This document shows, piece by piece, positions 8,747 through 15,448 of a stretch of DNA of 24,000 nt. The stretch lies in NCBI GenBank assembly GCA_046709645.1, contig JBKEFT010000003.1, positions 3,567-27,566 on the forward strand, in the 5' to 3' direction. A model generated the notes under the pieces. It was not told where the DNA came from. It saw nothing but the letters and a program-made list of their open reading frames with translations, and searched no databases. The position numbers were made by a program, and so were the translations under genes. The stretch's first letter is position 1. The number at the start of each line of letters is the position of its first letter. The DNA comes from Arenicella sp. (GTDB lineage: Bacteria; Pseudomonadota; Gammaproteobacteria; Arenicellales; Arenicellaceae).

Positions 8747-9664
8747 ATGAAATTTTCGGTCATTATAACCTTGTACAACAAGGCCCCTTACATAAGTCGT
8801 ACGCTTATGTCAGTGCTTAGTCAAAGTAAAAAACCGTATGAAATAGTAATAGTTGATGATGTTAGTACGGATAATAGCTTGGAGGTTGTTAACGCTACTT
8901 TGGCACAAAACTCCGGGCTGTGTGAGGGTGTGAAGGTGCAGTTGATTCAGCATTCTAAAAATGGTGGTCCTAGTGTGTCAAGAAACACGGCACTCAAAGC
9001 TGTTAGTGGTGATTATGTGTTTCTATTGGATGCAGATGATGAATACCATAAAGGAGTGTTTGCGTCTGCTGAACGTATTTTTGAGTTTCATGCCCCCAGT
9101 CTTTTGTTCCTTCAGTTTGAGAGAGACGTTGGCGGACGTGTGTTGCCAATTATCGATAGGCTTAACTCAATCACTCAGCCCTTAGGTAGCGGTGTTTATT
9201 ATCTTCGCAATATTGTTGCTGCCTTTGGCCATGATAGCTTTGGTATGAATGGCAGCAGTGTTGTGTGCAAACGCAGTGCTCTAGAAGGTGTATTTTACCG
9301 AGAAAACCTCAACTGCTTTGAAGGTCTAGAGTATTGGTATCGAGTAGTCAAAGCGTTGCCAGAGGTTGAAAGAACTGCATGCCTGCTTTCGGGTGTTCAA
9401 GTCACTATTCATTTAACTGAAAACAGTGTTTCTCGAAGGTTGGTTGATAATGGTGGTGAAATTTATTTACCCGCGCAGTTCTCTCAGTTTCGAGGCAGCG
9501 ATGACATAGATGACCAACAATTGAGAAAGCGTATTTATACTATTTGGATACGTAATGCGTTCTTAAAATTACCGCATTGGTATCAACGTGCGATTTTCAT
9601 TTGGCGTTTTAAGCGACAAGTAATTGAGAATACATACCTTAACTGGCGCTACCGTCTAAATTAG
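8747..9664 (+). CDS. Family 2 glycosyltransferase (GT2)
   Basis: FSVIITLYNKAPYISRTLMSVLSQSKKPYEIVIVDDVSTDNS and FLLDADDEY (DxD) are present. It is a paralog of the convergent GT2 at 9683-10603. Confidence 0.9.
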   Translation: MKFSVIITLYNKAPYISRTLMSVLSQSKKPYEIVIVDDVSTDNSLEVVNATLAQNSGLCEGVKVQLIQHSKNGGPSVSRNTALKAVSGDYVFLLDADDEYHKGVFASAERIFEFHAPSLLFLQFERDVGGRVLPIIDRLNSITQPLGSGVYYLRNIVAAFGHDSFGMNGSSVVCKRSALEGVFYRENLNCFEGLEYWYRVVKALPEVERTACLLSGVQVTIHLTENSVSRRLVDNGGEIYLPAQFSQFRGSDDIDDQQLRKRIYTIWIRNAFLKLPHWYQRAIFIWRFKRQVIENTYLNWRYRLN

Positions 9665-9682
9665 TTTGTCGCTTAGTTAGAT

Positions 9683-10603
9683 TTAATTTGGCAAGCGCTC
9701 TTTGTAGAATAAAAGCTTTAAATAGCGCTTGTATTGCCAAGCAAATTTGAGCTTGTCGTAGGTGCTAGTCAATCTCGAATAACTGTTACTAAACCAAATT
9801 TTGGCTACACGATGCTGCAGTTGTAGTTCGTATTTGTCGGTGCTGCTTGTATAGCGACGCAATACTTTTGGGTGTTCTATTTCAGTGATGCTAAGCGGCT
9901 TGCGTATTAAGCTTTCGGACACGGCGTGCACTATATGGTAATCACGTAATAGGTAATAGGCCTTACCCCCAATATCAGAAACGTTCCTGATAATGCGAAA
10001 CCAAAAGTCGATGCCTTCATATACTTTAGCGCTTTCATCGTAGCGAAGGTTTTCGACAATGGTTTTTCTTACGGCTACGTTGCTGCCGGGCCCAACGGGG
10101 TAACTTCTATCGTATACAAATTCTAAAGGATTTGTCATGACGCAAGCTTCGTCATCGTAGGCTGTAAGCCAACCGGGGTGTTCTTGCTTAGGGGGCATTA
10201 AAATATTGCTTGGTAATTTACGATAAGCAAAAATCACTACGTCGGCAGAGGCGTTGAATGCGAGGTATTGAATCTTTTGCAATAACTTAGGTTTGTACTC
10301 ATCGTCCGCGTCTAGAAATAAGAGATAATCACCGCGAGCCACTTCAATCCCTCGATTACGTGAAGCTCCTGGCCCTAAATTATTCTTGTTTTGTAAGAAT
10401 GTGACGTTTATTGTTGGTCGTTGTCTTTGTAACTTTTTTATATGTTCCTTAGCAATACTGAAGCTATAGTCTGTACTTACGTCATCAACAATAATAAGTT
10501 CAAACGGCGGATAAGTTTGAGCGTAGACCGAGTCCAATGCGCGCCTTATATGCTGTGCTTTATTGTATAAAGGCACCACAATTGAAAATTTAATTACTGT
10601 CAT
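9683..10603 (-). CDS. Family 2 glycosyltransferase (GT2), last gene of the minus-strand operon
   Basis: FSIVVPLYNKAQHIRRALDSVYAQTYPPFELIIVDDVSTDYS and LFLDADDEY are present. Its start overlaps the upstream stop in an ATGA junction. Confidence 0.9.
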   Translation of the reverse strand: MTVIKFSIVVPLYNKAQHIRRALDSVYAQTYPPFELIIVDDVSTDYSFSIAKEHIKKLQRQRPTINVTFLQNKNNLGPGASRNRGIEVARGDYLLFLDADDEYKPKLLQKIQYLAFNASADVVIFAYRKLPSNILMPPKQEHPGWLTAYDDEACVMTNPLEFVYDRSYPVGPGSNVAVRKTIVENLRYDESAKVYEGIDFWFRIIRNVSDIGGKAYYLLRDYHIVHAVSESLIRKPLSITEIEHPKVLRRYTSSTDKYELQLQHRVAKIWFSNSYSRLTSTYDKLKFAWQYKRYLKLLFYKERLPN

Positions 10604-11586
10604 GCAGCGCTCAATATTTGTTGGAAAGCCTTAATTGTTTCTGGCTCTATATTGGTTTTCTTTAAGACGGTGTTAATGGAGTAAAAGCCACCGGGGCAAC
10701 ACGTGTTTATTTCAGTGATTAAGCGTTTGCCATTGTCACTTTCAAGTGTGTCGATACCGAACATGGAAATGCCTTCTGCCTTAAGCAATGGGGCGAGTTG
10801 ATTTACAGCATCGTACTCCTCGGCATTTAATTCGGTTGAATTTACTTTGCCACCGCTAGAAACATTACACAGCCAGCTGTCTTGAGGAATCCTAAGGCTA
10901 GCACCTACCACTTTACCATTTATGACTAAAATTCTTTTGTCACCGTTGACATATTGCGGCAAGTATTGCATTGCCAAATAAGTTTGGCCTGAACTGAATC
11001 TTTCGTTAAGCACTGCTTCAAGTTCCTTTCTGCGAAACGCATTAGAACCCTCAAAACAGATTTCATTGTTGATCAGGATGTTGGTCTTGCCACCGTAGCC
11101 ATACAGAGGCTTTAAAACGGCTGGGCTTTGGTGCAAAAATTGCATGACATCATCTGCGCAATGACAGAGTAGCATTGGTGGGCATAAGTTGGGGGTGTTG
11201 AGTAGAAACTCTTTTGATTCCGTGCGTAGTATGCTTTCAACGCCATTGATAAAGTCTGCTTGTGTGAAAGAGCGGCCAATCTTTTCAAGCGTTGATTCGC
11301 ATATGGGAAGAACCCGTAGGCAAACCCAATCAAATTCGTGATTACTTATTTCTAAAGAGCCCTCTGTAAAGCAAGAATCTTTGTTTTCAAATACCGTATT
11401 TGTGCTTGGGCGAACGGTATGAAGAGATTGAAAGTTGTTAGAACTCAGTTTCAATGTATTCTGAGCTGTGCCTATGCTGGCAACATAAACCTCTAATCCC
11501 TTAATGGCGGAGGCCCATTTCGTTAGTAAATACACTGAGTCGAAATATCGGTGGTGACGGTGGTCTGTGATAAAGAGTAATTTCAT
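10600..11586 (-). CDS. Prokaryotic glutathione synthetase (GshB)-like ATP-grasp ligase
   Basis: I prefer the ATG at 11586 (MKLLFITDH...); the track start at 11691 would overlap the upstream gene by 95 nt. It is collinear with E. coli GshB as I recall it. [16 protein letters not shown] aligns with [41 protein letters not shown] aligns with [54 protein letters not shown]...[10 protein letters not shown]...[12 protein letters not shown] aligns with [29 protein letters not shown]...GLIFVGLDIIGDRLTEINVTSPT. Confidence 0.85.
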   Translation of the reverse strand: [328 protein letters not shown]

Positions 11587-11596
11587 ATCGTTAGAC

Positions 11597-12934
11597 CTAG
11601 CGCAATGCCTGGTATAGCGTGTCGAAAGTATTGTTTGGTGTGGCTTCGGCGCTGGGCAAAAAGATGGCTTGGCCTTCGCCACTACCAACATTTACACACT
11701 CTTGTTCAGAGGCTCTAAACATACCGACGCCAAAATACTCTGAATCAAAGCATGGCAGTGAACCAACAATATTCATTGGGCCACTTTGTTGCCCGTTCCT
11801 GTAATGCAAAATCGGAGTCGTCGAGTGTGCGAAATATTCTTGCGCCATATACTCATTTTTACCACTTAGTAATACGTTTTCCCATTGTTTTTGAGTACAC
11901 GCTGCGCCAATAAAAAGGTCTAACCCTCGGCCGCCACTGGATTTTTTAAGTACCCATTTATTCTTATTAGCCAAGACCATTTCACATTCTTCATCGATAC
12001 TTAATTCAGCGCTATTTAGCAGGTAGCTTTGCAGTTGAAAATGTTCTGTTTTGGATAGATAAGGCTGCATTATGTCTCGGTCTGCAAGCACCGTTAATAT
12101 GCGTTTATCGTGTACCAGTATTAAGGTGCGAACGTCGTTAATATAATTGCTGGACTCTATAAGTTTATCGATAACGCAGGGAGCAAAACTGAACAGCTCT
12201 TCACGATCGATTTCGAGTATGAAGTTATTTGCATTTACTGATTTTGAACTCTTACCCTGTGCCGTATTAACAATAATATCTTCACCATCAATTGCCAACT
12301 GATCAGGGCGAGCATTAATACAATGTCCCCCAATTCTGTTGAACTGAGCGAGGAAAAATTGACTCTCGCCACCAGTTTCGCTTTTGGCAACGCGTACCAA
12401 TGTTTGATTTGTAGGGAAGCGTGACAGCATGGTTGTGCATATTTTTTGGTTTAAATCATAGCGCTGATAATCATTCCACGATAAGTAATGTGCGTTTTCA
12501 GCCGCTGAGTTCACCCATTGGCTAATAGTCATTCCGTTTAATGGGAAGCGCGCATTTATTTCGCAAATTTTCACTTTGTTGTCACGCCCAAAAATCAGGT
12601 CTGGCCGAATGGTGCCCATTTTGTATGGGCGTTCCTCAGCGCGTTCTAAAAAACGATTGAAGCGTGATGGCAACGGCATTCTCGCGCGAATGCGCTCATC
12701 TCTAATGTAAGACTCTGCTACATAACTAACTGCTTTGAGTAGCAACTCTGCCAGTCTGTGTAAGTCATGCGAAAGACTATTGGGCACGACTAATGGATAG
12801 GGACTGAAGCAGACTTCTTTATACGGCAAAAATTGATTGATCGCGTATATGCGCGATAGAAATTCGGCCTGATGCAAACTGAAATCATTGCTTACAGCAT
12901 TGGGTGTGTTGGCCGCGATTTTAGTTTGCTCCAT
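11597..12934 (-). CDS. ATP-grasp ligase resembling eukaryotic-type glutathione synthetase (GSH_synth_ATP-like)
   Basis: By eye it is collinear with human GS. TIRPDLIFGRDNKVKICEINARFPLNG aligns with LHRSDYMF...LKQIEINTISASFGG. NKWVLKKSSGGRGLDLFIG aligns with SRFVLKPQREGGGNNLYG. EYMAQEYFAH aligns with SYILMEKIEP. EYFGVGMFRAS aligns with ELGIFGVYVR. VGSGEGQAIFLPS aligns with GGVAAGVAVLDNP. Confidence 0.6.
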   Translation of the reverse strand: MEQTKIAANTPNAVSNDFSLHQAEFLSRIYAINQFLPYKEVCFSPYPLVVPNSLSHDLHRLAELLLKAVSYVAESYIRDERIRARMPLPSRFNRFLERAEERPYKMGTIRPDLIFGRDNKVKICEINARFPLNGMTISQWVNSAAENAHYLSWNDYQRYDLNQKICTTMLSRFPTNQTLVRVAKSETGGESQFFLAQFNRIGGHCINARPDQLAIDGEDIIVNTAQGKSSKSVNANNFILEIDREELFSFAPCVIDKLIESSNYINDVRTLILVHDKRILTVLADRDIMQPYLSKTEHFQLQSYLLNSAELSIDEECEMVLANKNKWVLKKSSGGRGLDLFIGAACTQKQWENVLLSGKNEYMAQEYFAHSTTPILHYRNGQQSGPMNIVGSLPCFDSEYFGVGMFRASEQECVNVGSGEGQAIFLPSAEATPNNTFDTLYQALR

Positions 12935-12940
12935 AACGCT

Positions 12941-13804
12941 TTATGCTTGAGCTAGAAGGGTTATCGGATAGCAGTTTTTCTTTAAGTCGTTATTAAGCGT
13001 GGCCATGACTGACGCTTTTTGCGATAAGTATTCGCTAAAAATATCCACCAAGTCATACTCTTCTATTTTCTTTTCGAGCAATTCTAGTAGGTCGTCTAAT
13101 GCTTGTAGCGTTTCATTGAAATGATTTTTTTCGGTGCCTTTTGTATGCACATCAATCCAGAGTAAACAGCGACGCCGTTCTTTGTTGTCTAAGCTTGTAG
13201 TTTGCTGTAACCATTGGTCAAACAAAGGCAGAATAAACTCGACTTCGCCATGGGTATAAACTTCGTGTATCAGAGTTACCAAAAAGCCCATTAGTAGGTC
13301 CGGCTCTCTAAGCATAAACCGGTCTTTCCATCGCTTAAAGTTGGCTCCCTCATTGAGCAAGTATTTGCGAGACAACCATGAATCGTCTTCGCAAATTATC
13401 GTTGCCATTTCATAGTAAAGATCGGAGTGAAGCTTGCCGCCTTTAGCGCCGAGATCTTCATCGGTAACACGATTTAAATGTGACAATACATTTAAATATT
13501 GTCTGTTGATGCGAGGGCTCGGTTCGTGGCTGTGCAGCTTACGCCAGCGCAAGGTTAAGCGATTACAGAAACCGGATAAGCCGACGGCGCTGTTATTGGT
13601 CATACTCCAATTGTGGAAAAAACGGTTTATACATGCTTTTGATGCCACAGAAGAAGGTAACGAACTGGATAATGTGCAGAAAGCTTCTTCAATAAGATCT
13701 AGTTTGTGCTCTGAATTGTCAAATGCCTGCTGTAATGATGTACGAATGAGTGGGTGTGCAACTTCTTGAACAACCTCAGAGATTAAAGTAATTAACTTAG
13801 TCAT
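12941..13804 (-). CDS. Hypothetical protein, possibly heme-oxygenase-like fold (DUF3050 / iron-containing redox enzyme-like); first gene of the operon
   Basis: 287 aa, predicted all-helical. Spaced His/Glu/Asp clusters occur in DEDLGAKGGKLHSDLYYEM, LIHEVYTHGEVEFILPLF and WIDVHTKGTEKNHFNE. These recall the ligand helices of HO-like di-metal enzymes and the DUF3050 pattern (GEESD..GG.SHFELY; RHIELDGDEH). The assignment is weak. Confidence 0.35.
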   Translation of the reverse strand: MTKLITLISEVVQEVAHPLIRTSLQQAFDNSEHKLDLIEEAFCTLSSSLPSSVASKACINRFFHNWSMTNNSAVGLSGFCNRLTLRWRKLHSHEPSPRINRQYLNVLSHLNRVTDEDLGAKGGKLHSDLYYEMATIICEDDSWLSRKYLLNEGANFKRWKDRFMLREPDLLMGFLVTLIHEVYTHGEVEFILPLFDQWLQQTTSLDNKERRRCLLWIDVHTKGTEKNHFNETLQALDDLLELLEKKIEEYDLVDIFSEYLSQKASVMATLNNDLKKNCYPITLLAQA

Positions 13805-13903
13805 GAATAGTTCCGGAATTATATTTATTAAAGTGCTTGTTACTCTTTCGAATTAACCTTGAAGAATCTTACTTCCGAGCATATCGGATTAATATTACCC
13901 TCC

Positions 13904-13932
13904 ATTATACCATCTATTTCAGCTTGAAATAG
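13904..13932 (-). promoter_or_regulatory. Candidate extended -10 promoter (TGgTATAAT) with an adjacent perfect palindrome, upstream of the minus-strand operon
   Basis: On the minus strand, ATGGTATAAT has its TATAAT at 13909-13904, about 100 nt upstream of the ATG at 13804. Immediately upstream, CTATTTCA-gct-TGAAATAG (13914-13932) occupies the -35 region. Confidence 0.4.
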
Positions 13933-13961
13933 TATAGGCAGGATAAAACACATACGGTCTT

Positions 13962-14174
13962 TTATTCCGCCATCTGAAAGATAAAGCTATAGTCGCTGGT
14001 GTAGGGTTTCGGATGCTTCAGGCCGGAAGACGGGTTCAAACTGGCAAACGAGTGGCAATCGATACAGATTTTATTCTGCGCATAGGTTTCCAGTACCGAA
14101 TTAGCCACCGGAAAAGCGTCTAGGAAGATACTCAAAAATAATGGCTGTTCATTCGTAAGGCAAGGAAAAGGCGA
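13962..14174 (-). pseudogene. C-terminal remnant of a CxxCH-motif protein (no start codon)
   Basis: The open frame reads ...FLSIFLDAFPVANSVLETYAQNKICIDCHSFASLNPSSGLKHPKPYTSDYSFIFQMAE*. It contains a c-type heme-binding-like CIDCH motif. It is bounded upstream by a TGA at 14175-14177 and has no Met. Confidence 0.3.
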
Positions 14175-14292
14175 TCATGAGTTCTGGGAGTCTCCAAATG
14201 GTGCTAGGTTTCCAGTTGACGATGGAATGAAATCTAGACACACAGACAATGCTGTTCTGAAACAGGCGGGGATTGATTACAAAATTTCGTAA
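14086..14292 (+). pseudogene. HicA-like mRNA interferase toxin remnant (no start codon, no hicB partner)
   Basis: The frame opens after the TAG at 14083 and reads VSSTELATGKASRKILKNNGCSFVRQGKGDHEFWESPNGARFPVDDGMKSRHTDNAVLKQAGIDYKIS*. This fits the HicA pattern (L.k.G...vRq.GSH..f ... ilKqAGi). There is no ATG/GTG/TTG before the internal Met. Confidence 0.5.
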
Positions 14293-14303
14293 GTAATTAG
14301 AAG

Positions 14304-14325
14304 GATCGCTTTAGCGGTCTTTTTT
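14304..14325 (+). terminator. Rho-independent terminator-like hairpin
   Basis: GATCGC-ttta-GCGGTC is a 6-bp stem with one G-T pair, followed by TTTTTTATT. It starts 12 nt after the HicA-like stop. Confidence 0.4.
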
Positions 14326-14501
14326 ATTGGCTTTTGTTAATGGCTTAGGGTTGGCATTTTGAATTGATCTTGAGCCTCAAAAAAACTAATGTTTTTCTGA
14401 TTCGCGGCCCACCTGTAGCCCAAACGAAAAAAACCGCAAGCCAATCGTTAGATTAATTTGCGATTTTCAGACTTAAACTCTTTTAAATCAACACATTGAA
14501 A

Positions 14502-14548
14502 TGGCTCCCTGACCAAGACTCGAACTTGGAATCCAATGATTAACAGTC
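14502..14548 (-). other. tRNA-Asn(GTT) 3-prime fragment (anticodon loop to CCA); probable att scar of an integrative element
   Basis: The minus strand reads GACTGTTAATCATTGGATTCCAAGTTCGAGTCTTGGTCAGGGAGCCA. It is position-for-position collinear with the 3-prime 47 nt of E. coli tRNA-Asn (GACTGTTAATCCGTATGTCACTGGTTCGAGTCCAGTCAGAGGAGCCA). The T-arm is CCAAG-TTCGAGT-CTTGG. The 5-prime acceptor strand, D-arm and 5-prime anticodon stem are absent. Confidence 0.8.
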
Positions 14549-14851
14549 TGTAAGGAAAACTATAAACTTATACTAATCAACGACTTATAAGGCTAATTGG
14601 TGATAGCGCCTATTCCTTTCTTATCAATAACTTAGGCTAATTAAGGCTGATTTATAAAAACTTAGCAATGTACCCAGAATTGTACCCCGTTTAAGTCTCA
14701 GAATTGGGTTTCATGGATTATAGGGTAGAGTAATCGAATGTTTTGGATCTAGCTTTCTGCTCCATAAATAGCTATAGTGTATGTCTAGATTTGCATGAAT
14801 TTTGCATTTATATTCTTGCATTACTGTATCTAAGAATGTGAAGATATAAAG

Positions 14852-15448
14852 ATGAACAAGCTTAACCAACTCAAGAAGTACCTACGTGCAGGAAAAGTTT
14901 ACCGCCGCTCCGATTTAGAGCAGTGGTCTTGTGCTGTGGATCGCCACTTAAGCGAGCTTGTCGAGGAAGGCCGCCTTCAGAAGCTCTCTGGTGGGCTTTA
15001 TTACTGCCCCAAAATGAGCGACTTTGGTGTTGTGCCCCCGAAAGATGAGGATGTAGTTAAAGCATTTTTGAAAGATGATCGTTTCCTGCTGACTTCGCCC
15101 AATGCGTATAACTCTCTCGGTGTAGGCTCTACACAGCTTTACAATAAGACAGTGGTCTATAATCACAAACGCCACGGCAAATACCAATTTGGAAACCGAG
15201 AATTCGAGTTCAAAAAGAAACCCCACTTCCCCAAAGAGTTAACGCCTGAGTTCTTGTTAGTTGACCTTGTCAACAATCTAAAGCATGTCGCAGAAGACAG
15301 AGACGCGTTGCTTTCTAATGTGCGGGAGAGAGTAGCCGACTTTGATATAAAGCGGCTTAAGAGGGCCGTTCGAGACTATGGTGGTGTCGCGGCTAAAAAA
15401 ATATTTTCTCCCATGCTTGATCAAGCATCGTTAGCGCATGTCGCTTGA
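14852..15448 (+). CDS. AbiEi-family antitoxin (type IV TA system)
   Basis: The N-terminal winged-helix-like signature is RAGKVYRRSDLEQW...LSELVEEGRLQKLSGGLYYCP, the typical AbiEi pattern G.l.r..rGvY. It overlaps the start of an AbiEii-family gene by 11 nt. Confidence 0.8.
   Translation: MNKLNQLKKYLRAGKVYRRSDLEQWSCAVDRHLSELVEEGRLQKLSGGLYYCPKMSDFGVVPPKDEDVVKAFLKDDRFLLTSPNAYNSLGVGSTQLYNKTVVYNHKRHGKYQFGNREFEFKKKPHFPKELTPEFLLVDLVNNLKHVAEDRDALLSNVRERVADFDIKRLKRAVRDYGGVAAKKIFSPMLDQASLAHVA

Noticed and set aside
11587-11691. N-terminal extension of the GshB-like ORF (track start 11691).
   Set aside because: It would overlap the upstream ligase gene by 95 nt. The sequence MLVVAKAKPSFCPAPKPHQ... is unlike GshB N-termini. 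The ATG at 11586 gives the expected MKLLFI... beta-strand start.
14502-14590. An intact tRNA-Asn gene.
   Set aside because: Only the 3-prime 47 nt match. The sequence where the acceptor 5-prime strand, D-arm and 5-prime anticodon stem should be (14549-14590, minus strand) has no complementarity to TCAGGGA or TCATT.
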